Shown here: one piece after another, positions 9,280 to 19,705 of the stretch
How the letters are laid out: each line of letters begins with the position of its first letter
Position numbering within the stretch: the stretch's first letter is position 1
NCBI GenBank assembly: GCA_963824385.1
Contig: CAWGPD010000004.1
Location: forward strand, 635,944 to 699,943
Direction: 5' to 3'
Origin: an uncultured Nitrososphaerota archaeon
GTDB lineage: Archaea; Thermoproteota; Nitrososphaeria; Nitrososphaerales; Nitrosopumilaceae
DNA length: 64,000 nt
Notes under the pieces: generated by a model
Seen by the model: only the letters and a program-made list of their open reading frames with translations
Database searches by the model: none
What the model was told of the DNA's origin: nothing
Position numbers and translations under genes: made by a program

Positions 9280-10935
9280 CTAGTTATTTGATTTGACTGT
9301 AATTGGCTGGTTTAATTCTTCTCTTGCTTTACAGATTTCACAGTAACTATCCCATTTTTTGCTATGCCTCCACTGTTCTAATCCTGTCTGATCAAATCTC
9401 TGATGAGCCATTTGTAAGATTCTTTTTGTGTCATGTTGGTACATGAATTGTTTCAAAGAAAACAATTCTGGAATTGTAAAATACTGGCTTACAGTAGCAG
9501 TATACTGAGTTGCATCCCCACATTCTTGCATAAATCTATCCAAGGCCTTTAGTTTCCATTCATCAACTGTTTTTTTGTCAATATCAGGTCTATCTTTTAC
9601 AAGCTTTAATCGTTCATCATATTGTTGAAGTATGAATTCTTTATTTGCGTAATAAATTGGGCTGCCTACATAAGGAGTGCATATGAATGGATTTATTTCG
9701 ATATTATTTCGAATCCAAAATGTTACAGTCTCCATTAAATCATCGATATTTTCATGTGGATTTCCTATCATGAATGTTGTAATGGGCCTAAGTCCAGTAT
9801 TTTTAATTGTATCAAGGGTTTTTTGCAAGTGGGCTTGTGTTTGTCCCTTTTGAATATCTTGACTTAATACTTTATCTGAAGCAGATTCAAACCCAAATGA
9901 GATAAAGGTGCAACCTGCGTCTTTCATAATTTTTATAATTCCTGGCTGGACTGCCACACTTGGTGCATCACCCAATGTTCCCCACTTTACTTTTTCGTGT
10001 AATCCTTCCTTTACGTACAAGTCACAAAATTCCTTTGTCCATTTTAGATTGCTAGTCATATTTTCATCAACGCAAAATACAAAATCTACATTATATTTTT
10101 CATGCAAAAATTTTACGTTATCAACTGCATATCGTACAGAAGGCCATCGTGCAGGCATTTGGAATGTCTCATTTTTCTTGTCAACCTCTCTTACAATTGC
10201 TTCTCCTTTTTTCCTATCACCTAATCCATAGATGTTTTGTATATCTCCTCTAGACATTCCATTATGAGAACAAAATGTACATCCACGAGGACAACCTCTT
10301 TCCCATACCACATTTATTCTTCTTTTTGAATTAAATGCCTCTACAGACATTGGAAGAGAAGAATATTTGAAATAAATGTCCATTTCTAAGAGATGATAAG
10401 CCGGATAAGGTATAGTATTCAGATCAGAAATCAATGCACGAGGTTCTGTAAACTTGATTTCTCCATTGTCTTTTAGACACAGACCTTTTACTTTATTGAA
10501 ATTTCTTGTATTTTGAATCATTTCATCGCAGACCTCAGAGAATGTCTCCTCACCTTCTCCTATGCATACCATATCAATTCCTGGAACTAGTTGCAATATT
10601 TCATCAGCATTGTATGTAGCCCAACCACCACCGCTTATGATAGTAGAATCTGGACATGTTTTTTTCATTAATGATACAAGTTGTCTAATGCGTCTATACG
10701 CAGTAGTAAGACCTCCAATTCCTATAAGATCCCATTTCTCTGAACCCATCTCTTCTTCAATTATTTTGGTGGGAACTAGCTGTCCATCATAATTCATCCT
10801 AAGTGCATTTAAATCCAATATGCCAACTTGGGCACCTTTTTGTTCTGCGATTGCACCCAATATTCCAGCCCAAAATGGAATATCATATGGTTTATCATTT
10901 AACCTAACTTCAGGTACTACAAGCAGAACTTTCAT
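9280..10935 (-). CDS. Cobalamin-binding domain radical SAM protein (class B-like), copy 1
   Basis: N-terminal B12 domain (IGIGGLTT, GGGWAT, IGEGEETF), RGCPRGCTFC, SFGFESAS, FMIGNPHE; extra C-terminal CEIC. Confidence 0.92.
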   Translation of the reverse strand: MKVLLVVPEVRLNDKPYDIPFWAGILGAIAEQKGAQVGILDLNALRMNYDGQLVPTKIIEEEMGSEKWDLIGIGGLTTAYRRIRQLVSLMKKTCPDSTIISGGGWATYNADEILQLVPGIDMVCIGEGEETFSEVCDEMIQNTRNFNKVKGLCLKDNGEIKFTEPRALISDLNTIPYPAYHLLEMDIYFKYSSLPMSVEAFNSKRRINVVWERGCPRGCTFCSHNGMSRGDIQNIYGLGDRKKGEAIVREVDKKNETFQMPARWPSVRYAVDNVKFLHEKYNVDFVFCVDENMTSNLKWTKEFCDLYVKEGLHEKVKWGTLGDAPSVAVQPGIIKIMKDAGCTFISFGFESASDKVLSQDIQKGQTQAHLQKTLDTIKNTGLRPITTFMIGNPHENIDDLMETVTFWIRNNIEINPFICTPYVGSPIYYANKEFILQQYDERLKLVKDRPDIDKKTVDEWKLKALDRFMQECGDATQYTATVSQYFTIPELFSLKQFMYQHDTKRILQMAHQRFDQTGLEQWRHSKKWDSYCEICKAREELNQPITVKSNN

Positions 10936-10996
10936 GTGTTAGAGTATTATGAAATAATATTTAAAGCAAGATATTGGATTAATGCACAAAATATCG

Positions 10997-12097
10997 TCAG
11001 TTTTTATACAAATCAAGAAAATCTGCAAGAGTGATACATTTGATCCTGTCTCCAAAGATACACCCACCTTCTGTTGCATTTACTGTAGTCAGCCAGTCAG
11101 GGGAACGTGAGATAAATTCCTTTAATGCACCGCTATAATACTTGAAAATTGGATCCAAGATACAATAGCATTTGAATTCAGGATTGTAGACTTTGGGAAA
11201 TACTTTGGAAAACATTGGATCACTTTCATCTATTTTTATTTCCGAATGAGTATGACCATGAGTTTTTATCACTTCCAATGGATCATCCTCGCTCCATCCA
11301 TGGTTTATTCCAATTAATGATACGGTAGAGCATTTTAGAATTTTCCAGCTTACAAACCATGCTGATGTACCCACATTTCCTCCAGTTTGTATTGCAGGTA
11401 GACCATGTAAGCGGTTTGCTCTAACCATTAGTGCAGACATTTGGTTAAAGGATTTTTTTCCTTCGTTATAATCAAACAATGCGTGAAGCCAGTGAATTTT
11501 TATTTTTGCCTGTCTTGCACGTTCAACAGTAATTGGATTTACTACAGTTGAAAATATTCCTTTTATTTTATCGCCATACTTGTCAACTAGCTCATCATTA
11601 TAATATTCCCTAATCTCTTTTCTTGAATCAATAGTAACTACATAATATTTGGGAAATTTATCTGGAGTAATCCCAGCTTTTAATGCATTAATGAGGGCGC
11701 CGTCCGTACACACTATGGAACCCTGATAATCACTCTTTGCCAATAATTCCAAGTGATTATATTTCTTAATCGATGGTCCACGCCCAATTATTATAGCAGA
11801 ACCTTTAGCATCAGAACTATCTTTGGTTGGATCAAGATCCTTAGCAGAAGGTTCACTCCAAATGTTCTTCAGGTTCAAGGCAAAATATTGAACCCATTCA
11901 TCATAGAATTTGTTATAGTATACCTCTTCCCATTTTTTTTCTATCTTTGTTTTTATTTTATCGTCAACCAAGTGATTATTGAGAATATGGATTAGCCACT
12001 CGTCCCAATCTTTTTCTTCAAAACCCATTGCTTTTTTCTTGTCTGAAATCTTCGAAAAAGTCTCTTTCCGAATTATAAGATCTATGTTATCAGACAT
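10997..12097 (-). CDS. DUF115 / Maf (MptE-like) family protein with N-terminal extension, copy 1
   Basis: AIIIGRGPS, VCTDGAL..ALKAGITP, VVTID, TGGNVG, LIGIN, VNATEGG. Confidence 0.8.
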   Translation of the reverse strand: MSDNIDLIIRKETFSKISDKKKAMGFEEKDWDEWLIHILNNHLVDDKIKTKIEKKWEEVYYNKFYDEWVQYFALNLKNIWSEPSAKDLDPTKDSSDAKGSAIIIGRGPSIKKYNHLELLAKSDYQGSIVCTDGALINALKAGITPDKFPKYYVVTIDSRKEIREYYNDELVDKYGDKIKGIFSTVVNPITVERARQAKIKIHWLHALFDYNEGKKSFNQMSALMVRANRLHGLPAIQTGGNVGTSAWFVSWKILKCSTVSLIGINHGWSEDDPLEVIKTHGHTHSEIKIDESDPMFSKVFPKVYNPEFKCYCILDPIFKYYSGALKEFISRSPDWLTTVNATEGGCIFGDRIKCITLADFLDLYKN

Positions 12098-12133
12098 TTT
12101 AATTTATTTGATTCATGTGTTGTTAATTTCGTT

Positions 12134-12338
12134 TTAAAGTTCGTCTAATCCTAATTCGTCGTCTTTTTTCTGTGATCTAAAAATCATAAATGAGCCAGTC
12201 TGCTCCTGAGCGACTAACAAGTTCTTCAAATTGTTCCTCTGTAAGATCTTCTTTGGTATTGTCAGTTGATGAATTTTTATTGTTATCTGCACTAGAAATG
12301 TTTTTTTTAGTCTCAAAATTAGTCTTCAATGACACCAT
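12134..12338 (-). CDS. Small acidic peptide (~67 aa), cassette copy 1 (one extra base near 12200)
   Basis: ATG 12338: MVSLKTNFETKKNISSADNNKNSSTDNTKEDLTEEQFEELVSRSGA, then TGSFMIFRSQKKDDELGLDEL* after a one-base shift; homologous to 34217..34401. Confidence 0.7.
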
Positions 12339-12535
12339 AATCCTGTCTGAGCAATATTAAGTTTTATAGCAAAAACAAGACTTGTCATCAACTTTACAAT
12401 CATAACAAGATAGTAATTACCAGTTAATTTTTTTAGGTCATTAGAAATATTTTAGTGAAAAATATTATTCTGAATTTATGATCTAACTATCAAAAACTAT
12501 ATGTTGTAGCAATTTCAACAATCAACAATTTATCC

Positions 12536-13429
12536 ATGAAAAAACAATCATGTATCTTGTGTAAACGTGAGGGCCTTGATATAATTTCAAATCAAGTGAG
12601 AGATTCAAAAAAACACAAGGTCCTAAAATGCCAAGGATGTGGTCATGTCCAGCTTTACCCCATTCCAAGCCCAGAAGAGGACAAGGTATTTTATGATAAA
12701 GATCTGCAGAACAAGAATATAAAATATTATGGAAGTATTGAAGATCACAGAAAGAAAAGCATTGATGACACACTTAGACGATGGGAATTAGTTCAAAAAA
12801 TTACTCCAAAAAAAGGTAAAATTTTAGAAATCGGTGCAGGACATGGATTTTTTGTGGAACTTGCTCATGATAGTGGCTTTAAAATCACTGGCATAGAGAT
12901 CTCCGAGGAAAAAAGAGAGATGGCAAAAAAAGTGACCAAGGCTGAAATTTTAGATATAGATATAAATTTTCAAGAACTCAATATCAAGGACTTTGATACC
13001 ATAGTATTGTTTCATGTATTAGAACACATTACAAACCCATTCACATTTTTGAAAAAAATTAAAAACATGTTAAAGCCACAAGGAAAGATAGTAGTAGAGG
13101 TACCAAACTGTGATGATTTTCAGCTTGATCTAAATGATGCATATAGAAATTTTTATTGGCAGAGAGCTCATTTACATTATTTTACTCCAAAAATTCTAAA
13201 AAGTGTCCTAAACAAAACAGGTTTCAAAACTGAAATCATGGGAGTTCAGAGATACAGTATAGAGAATATGTTCAGTTGGAAATTGACAAATAAGCCGCAG
13301 TTAAATGAGCCCACTTATAGTCTTCCTAAGCCGTATGAATGGATTGAATTAACATACAAGAGTCATCTAGAAAAAAAATTAACGTGTGATACACTTGTAG
13401 CTATAGGAATCAATTCAAAAATCAAATAA
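12536..13429 (+). CDS. Class I SAM-dependent methyltransferase with N-terminal Zn-ribbon
   Basis: CILC...CQGC, ILEIGAGHG, FHVLEHI, EVPN, HLHYFT. Confidence 0.88.
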   Translation: MKKQSCILCKREGLDIISNQVRDSKKHKVLKCQGCGHVQLYPIPSPEEDKVFYDKDLQNKNIKYYGSIEDHRKKSIDDTLRRWELVQKITPKKGKILEIGAGHGFFVELAHDSGFKITGIEISEEKREMAKKVTKAEILDIDINFQELNIKDFDTIVLFHVLEHITNPFTFLKKIKNMLKPQGKIVVEVPNCDDFQLDLNDAYRNFYWQRAHLHYFTPKILKSVLNKTGFKTEIMGVQRYSIENMFSWKLTNKPQLNEPTYSLPKPYEWIELTYKSHLEKKLTCDTLVAIGINSKIK

Positions 13430-13448
13430 CGCCTAACTAAATCTTATT

Positions 13449-14465
13449 TTATAATTTATTATAATGTAGTATGATTTTCTTTTCTTTTTTACTACTTTGT
13501 TCTATAGCATCCAATACTTGGAGTATTTTTAATTCATCACTAAATGAATGAGGATACTTTTTCTTTCTTTTTACAGCATCTAGGAAATTCTTCATCTCCT
13601 CTTCATAAAGCTCCTCTGGTGGAGTACTACCTTTGTAACCCTTTGCAACTTCACCCATTTTTACTTTGACAGTTTTCCATTTTTCGCCTTTACCTATTTT
13701 GATATATCCTTCATTGAAATCACATAGAATGGTTCCTTTTTCGCCAATGATTTTTGTTTCTCGAATCGATGGTCTTGTAATGACATCTATTACAAGTGTG
13801 CAAAATATCCGGTTCTTAAATTCCAATATTGTTTGATAAACGTCATCAATATCAGCATCCAACTTTGAAAGTTTCTGTATGTCTCCATATGCTGATTTTA
13901 TATCAGAGAAAAGATAGTTTAACCAAACCAATTCAAATGGAATTATTTCTCTTGCTCCACCTGTTTCTCTTTTTGAGACATAGAAATTTCTGTAATCTTC
14001 CCATGGATGCCAATCAGGGAGAAAATGTCCAAAATGATGGTAAATTGTCAGGATTTTACCAATTGAATGACTGTCTAGTAATTTTTTTAGAATTTTAATC
14101 ATGGGATGAAATCTCATTGTGCATGAAGGAACTCCAACTATGGATTTACTTTTCAGCATTGAGATCAGTTTTTTTATATCATTAGAAAAGAGGTTCACTT
14201 CGGTGAAAAAATTTATTTTATTTTTTATCGCTATCTCAGCATATTTTCTATGCAAATCAGGAGGAGTTGAAATTACCATGACATCAGGTTGCATACTTAG
14301 CGCATCATCAAAATCTCCAATTGTAGTTACATGATATTTTTTATTTGTCTCTATTCTTCTATCTTCTCGAGGATCAAAACCAATTATGTTCGTATAACCT
14401 AATTTCAAAAGATTTCTTATTCGTCGTTTACCCATAGAACCTAATCCGACTACTAATATTTTCAA
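13449..14465 (-). CDS. Gfo/Idh/MocA family oxidoreductase
   Basis: GLGSMGKRR, ISTPPDLH, LPDWHPWEDYR...GGA. Confidence 0.88.
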   Translation of the reverse strand: MKILVVGLGSMGKRRIRNLLKLGYTNIIGFDPREDRRIETNKKYHVTTIGDFDDALSMQPDVMVISTPPDLHRKYAEIAIKNKINFFTEVNLFSNDIKKLISMLKSKSIVGVPSCTMRFHPMIKILKKLLDSHSIGKILTIYHHFGHFLPDWHPWEDYRNFYVSKRETGGAREIIPFELVWLNYLFSDIKSAYGDIQKLSKLDADIDDVYQTILEFKNRIFCTLVIDVITRPSIRETKIIGEKGTILCDFNEGYIKIGKGEKWKTVKVKMGEVAKGYKGSTPPEELYEEEMKNFLDAVKRKKKYPHSFSDELKILQVLDAIEQSSKKEKKIILHYNKL

Positions 14466-14544
14466 TAATCTTCGTTTTTTGTTCTCGCATAGAGTAAATA
14501 TCTGTTATGAAATGAAAATGCCCATTTTTTATAAAAATTATAAA

Positions 14545-15862
14545 TTATTTATTTGATTTTTTTGTAGGAGATATTTTCATTGTCCATATCTTTTTAGGAA
14601 GATTTCCTTCCAAGTGTTTTTTATAATCTCCATTAGAAACTTTACTATTAAGAAAACTACAAACTTCATCTAATGTGTGAAGAGTGTTATCAATGTCTTC
14701 TACTGAGTGAGAATACGAGATGAACGAAACACCAGGCGAGATAAAGATTCCTTTTTTTACCATCTCTTGTAAAACAAGTGCTTTCAGTGGGAGAGACTCT
14801 TCTTTTTTAGAATTATAACAATCAATTGTCATTCGAATAGGATACCCGCGTACTTTGATATTCAGATTATGTTTTTCTGTTATTTTGTTCCAGCCTTCAA
14901 ATAGTCTAGTACCAATTTTCCAACAATGAGAGATTACATCCTTTGATCTCATTTCATTTATTGTGGCAATTGTTCCTGCAATAGATAGAGTTTCACTGTT
15001 ATTAGTTGATGAAACCCACAGTTCATCAAAAATTTTCATAAATTCAGTTGGACCAGTGATTGCTGATATTGGAAGGCCATTACCCATGCCCTTACCAAAA
15101 CATACCAGATCTCCTTTTATTCCAAAATACTTTTGTCCACCCGCTAGATCAAATCTAAAACCAGTAACTATTTCATCTAATATCAATAAAGAATTATTCT
15201 TGTCTGCCATTTGACGAACTTTTTTTAGAAAATCACTTGTAGGTTTTTCATAATGAGTAGGCTCTAGAACAATTGCCGCTATTTCATTTGGGTTATCCTC
15301 AAAGATTTGTTCTAGTCCGGCAGCATCATTATAATCAAAAATTTTTATCAACCCTTTGTTAAATTCTGGAACTCCACCATCACGGCTGACCATTGCTGCC
15401 TGCCAGTCATGCCACACACCTCCGCTTCCACAATATGCGATTTTTTCTCGTTTTGTAATGGCTCTAGCTGCTCTGATGGCACCTGTAACAGCATTTGAAC
15501 CTGATTTCTCCAGTTTAACCATCTCAGCATGAGGTATAGTTTTAGAAATTAATTCTGAAAGTTCTAGTTCTACAGGATGTGGTAGAGAGAACAAAATTCC
15601 TTGCTTTAATTGATTTATTATCGCATCATTGACAGGCTTTGTAATTATAACCTAGAGTTATTGGACCTAATGCCAACAAATAATCTAGATAATCATTACC
15701 ATCGACATCAGTAAAATGTGAACCGTTTGCAGATTTAACGTATACAGGATATACGCCTTCAACAAATGATGAGGCTGCTCTACTAAATGTGCCAGTTAAT
15801 GACGGTATTACTTTTCTTGCACGCTCTTTTAGTTTGTTAGATTCATCAATTTTTCTATTCAA
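14545..15862 (-). CDS. Class III (glutamate-1-semialdehyde aminomutase-like) aminotransferase (frameshift near 15630)
   Basis: DVDGNDYLDY, LGY, LILDEIVTGFR, FGKGMGNGLPISA. Confidence 0.85.
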
Positions 15863-15961
15863 ACATAATTTGTTACATTGACTAATAATTAATGGTTTTG
15901 TACTTTGTGTTTATGCCAGTTAGAAATTGTACACAATAAAAAATTGTTTATTACAATTACA

Positions 15962-16706
15962 TCATTTTACATTAGCATTGAATTTAACTTGATTATTAAG
16001 AAAATCTTTTTGTCGATGAAAGTTTATCTCAGAAATAGATTTGTTGTTCTCAAGAAAAGTAACTATCGCTTTACCATTTTCTAAAATATCAATATTTTCA
16101 TATAATTTTCTAAAAAATTCTAGATCCTCTTGATAGTCTAATGTCAATCGTATATCCTTGTTTCTTTCAAAATCTTCAAGTGTAACATAAGTCATGGTTA
16201 GTTTTGCTTTTTCAACATATCTAGCAATCACATCAGTATTGGCATTATCATCAGATACAACAGAAAATAATTTTACTATTGCGCTTTTTTTCATGGCATA
16301 TGTAAAGAATCCTGTTACAATGTCATCAGGACATGTAATAATATCAAAATTGCTTGATTTTAATTGGGATAATGCTCTAGTTCCTATTTCATAATTACTT
16401 GTCAGATCATCTCCATCTACAATTAGTGCATTTTCAATATGAAATGCATTAAAACAGTCATGCCAACGTTTTATCTTATTTAACAGAGAACCCCTGAAAA
16501 TTTGTACGTCATGTTGTCTTTGCTACATCTTCAAAGATATCATCAGTGGGATCAGTTGAGGTTGTAATTATAACTGGTAAACCTGTTTTTTTTGCCCTCT
16601 CAACAACAATATCAATAGAGCGTAAATTTCCTTTAATTGGCATAATTGCCTTGTTAGGAAGTCTTGAGGAGGAATTACGAACGGTAACAAGTGCTGCATC
16701 TTTCAT
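15962..16706 (-). CDS. SpsF/KdsB-like cytidylyltransferase (frameshifted)
   Basis: VTVRNSSSRLPNK, TSTDPTDD, VDGDD, IRLTLDYQEDLEF. Confidence 0.8.
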
Positions 16707-16778
16707 TATTATCATAGAATCACCTAATGAAGGTTTGAGATACATATGTTTTCATTAAAATCATAATTATTAGATGAA

Positions 16779-17768
16779 TTATTTATCGTAAAATGGGTCC
16801 GTTCTTAATTTATAATAATTAAGGTCGTGCTCTACCATTGTTTTTACTAGTTCCTTGAAACTCAATTTTGGTTTCCATCCTAATTCTTGCCTAGCTTTGG
16901 ACGCATCTCCTACTAGTTCCACAATGTCAGCAGGTCTCTTGATGGATTCATCAATATGGACAAAATCATGCCAATCTCCCAAACCAGTATATTCTGCTGC
17001 CAGTGAAAGAAATTCTTCCAAAGAGTGGGACTCTCCTGTGGCAATCACATAATCATCTGGTTTTGATTTTTGTAGCATCAACCACATGGCTTCGACATAA
17101 TCCCCTGCAAAACCCCAGTCTCTTTTGACATGAATATTTCCTAGATGGAGTTTGTCTGTTTTATGGAATTTTATTGCTGCAAATGTATTTGTGATTTTTC
17201 TTGTAACAAATTCCAGTCCACGTAAAGGAGATTCATGATTGAAAAGAATTCCACAACATGCAAAGATATTGTAGGCATCACGATAATTTACAGTCATATG
17301 ATGCGCAAAAACTTTGGAGGCTCCATAGGGACTCTTTGGTTTAAAAGATGAACTTTCATTTTTTATTCCAGGATAATCGCCATACATCTCACTGGTTGAG
17401 GCTTGGTAGAATTTTGCATTAGGTGCAAATTCTTTAATTGATTCAAGAACACGGATTACACCAATCCCAGTTACATCTGCAGTAAGAATTGGCTGCTGAA
17501 ATGATGCAGTAACAAAGGATTGAGCAGCCAAATTATAGATTTCATCAGGTTGAGATTCTTTAATGGCTCGTTGAATTGAGATTTGATCTGTCAAGTCAGC
17601 TTTGATGGTAGTAATTTTTTCAAAGGTATCCATCTCTTCCAATCTTTCAAATAACTTGTGACTGGTTCTTCGAAAAGTCCCAAAAACATTATAGTTCTTT
17701 TTTAAAAGAAAATCAACTAGATACGAGCCATCTTGTCCTGTAACTCCAAAGATTAGAGCGTTTTTCAT
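16779..17768 (-). CDS. gmd: GDP-mannose 4,6-dehydratase
   Basis: GVTGQDGSYL, YNLAAQSFV, YQASTSEMYG, SPYGASK, GILFNHESP, RDWGFAGDY. Confidence 0.95.
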   Translation of the reverse strand: MKNALIFGVTGQDGSYLVDFLLKKNYNVFGTFRRTSHKLFERLEEMDTFEKITTIKADLTDQISIQRAIKESQPDEIYNLAAQSFVTASFQQPILTADVTGIGVIRVLESIKEFAPNAKFYQASTSEMYGDYPGIKNESSSFKPKSPYGASKVFAHHMTVNYRDAYNIFACCGILFNHESPLRGLEFVTRKITNTFAAIKFHKTDKLHLGNIHVKRDWGFAGDYVEAMWLMLQKSKPDDYVIATGESHSLEEFLSLAAEYTGLGDWHDFVHIDESIKRPADIVELVGDASKARQELGWKPKLSFKELVKTMVEHDLNYYKLRTDPFYDK

Positions 17769-18587
17769 CCCACAACCAATCCATTTTCGACCATTTTATC
17801 TAAAAATTCCTTGAAACCAGTACCACCATGCTCATGACCCTTCCATACTTCAATAGCAAAACCTGCACTTTGATATTTGTTCAAGATAGGAATAATTTTT
17901 TCAAATGGCAAGTCACCCTCGCCATACTGTAATCCTTCACCATCAATTCCACCGGCATCAGACAAGTGATAATGATCTACAAAGTTTTCTACTTGTAGTA
18001 GTTCATCTACTAGCGATAATTTTTTTGTATTACAGTAAAGTTGAGAATGACATAAATCAAAACAGATGTGCAAGCCTGTCTCCTTGTGATAATTTACCAT
18101 GTCGTTGAGCATTTAGAAATACATTGCAATTCCATCTACCGCCAAAAAACCATGCATACGGAGGCATGTTTTCTAAAAGAAAATTGACATTTTTGAGATC
18201 AAGTTGTTTTACTGCATCAACTAGCTTGTCTTTCATTTGTTGAACATCAGATGGATTTAGTTCATGTAATGAATATCCACCTGGATGAACTATCATGGTA
18301 GGTTTACCGGTAAACTGCTCATTAAGAGAGATTGTTTTGTCTATAGCTTTTTGGATTAATTCTAGTGTCTTTTCTTGAGACTGGATTTGATTTGTTTCTC
18401 CCAGGCTTACTATATCCAGTAATTTTCTGTCAAAATATTCATAGCAGTGTACAATCAATTGTTGTTCAAAATTTCTATCAAGATTTAGTTCCAAGTCACT
18501 GTCAGAAAAATGAAACTCTAGTATCTTGGGATTATACTTTAACATGTCATCAAGATCATGCTTTCTTACTTTCATCCCTAGAATCAT
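17765..18587 (-). CDS. Sugar-phosphate isomerase/AP-endonuclease-2 TIM-barrel protein (frameshift near 18110), NeuB-associated
   Basis: EFHFS, IVHPGG, LLENMPP, CFDLCH, HYHLSDAGGIDGEGLQ, IEVW. Confidence 0.8.
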
Positions 18588-19658
18588 TTCAGATCTGCTT
18601 GTAGCAAGTATTGCCCCTTTTTTATATTTCTGGTTGACTTTTTGCCCAGCAAGTCATAATAGTACTGCGGAGACAATCCCTTTGCAGGACCCTTTATTTC
18701 CAAATTTTGCTCTGAAAAGACATCTCCCTCTTGTATATCAGAAGAAGAGACTATGCTTTTTGCAAGAACTTCACGTTGCAGTACTTCTCCTCTAGTCATT
18801 TTTTTAACTGCCTCACCTTTTGATTTCTCAGCCTCTCGTGACATATTTTACAAGATTTTTGAATTCCTCTGGCTCTAATGATGCTGATTGGTCAATACCT
18901 TCCATTGTTTTGTCCAAGGTGATATGACGCTCAATCAATACTGCACCCATGTTTGCAGCAGTAAGAGACGGAATAATTCCTGGTTCATGTCCGCTGTAAC
19001 CAACTGGTACATCAAACTTTGTCTTCAATACAGGAAGCAGATTGAGATTAAGCAGTTCAACAGGTGATGGATATGTGCTATTACAGTGCAGTAAGATAAA
19101 AGATGCATTCTCTTTTTTTACAAAATTTACTGTTTTTTCAATTTCATCCAGAGTCGACATGCCAGTGGATATGATTATTGGTTTTTTTGTTTTTGCGACA
19201 TATTTGATTAATGGTAAATTAGTCATGTCAGCAGAAGCAATCTTGTAAGCTGGAACATTGAATTTTTCAAGAAAATCTACACTTGGTGCATCCCAAGGAG
19301 TACACAGAAATGTAATTTTCTTTTCTTTACAATAATCAATTATTTCTTTATACTCAGATTCATTGAATTCAACTTCTTTTAGTATGCCGATTAGTATCTC
19401 TAGGCCTTGACTATCCAGATTAGGATTTACCAATACATCATCTTTGTAAATTTTTTCTAGAGTTCTTTTTTGAAATTTTACCGCATTAGCACCCGACTCG
19501 ACTGCAACATCTATTAGTTTTTTTGCCAATGGAACTTGTCCGTTATGATTAATCCCAATTTCTGCAATTATATAACAAGGCTCATCAATACCTACTAGAT
19601 TATCTCCGATTTTGACTTTATTTTTATAGCTATATTCCAATTCTTGATTAATACACAA
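18584..19658 (-). CDS. neuB: N-acetylneuraminate/nonulosonate synthase with C-terminal SAF domain (frameshift near 18840)
   Basis: IIAEIGINHNG, AVKFQKR, KIASAD, STGM, LHCNSTYP, GYSGHE, IERHITLD; SAF domain KGPAKGLSP. Confidence 0.9.
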
Positions 19659-19705
19659 TGACCTGTTTTTGTATGTTTGTTATCTAGACAATTACATCAA
19701 CTAGT

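Noticed and set aside
9280..10935. Calling the B12-radical SAM genes GDGT ring synthases (grsA/B)
   Set aside because: I could not recognise Grs-specific sequence, and the context is sugar biosynthesis. Left unnamed pending phylogeny.
12134..12165. DDELGLDEL resembles the acyl-carrier-protein DLGxDSL motif
   Set aside because: The phosphopantetheine Ser is absent in both copies (E/Q), and the motif is at the extreme C-terminus, leaving no room for the ACP fold.
14545..15862. hemL (tetrapyrrole synthesis)
   Set aside because: It is embedded between a cytidylyltransferase and a Gfo oxidoreductase in a nonulosonate locus, so a sugar aminotransferase role is more plausible.
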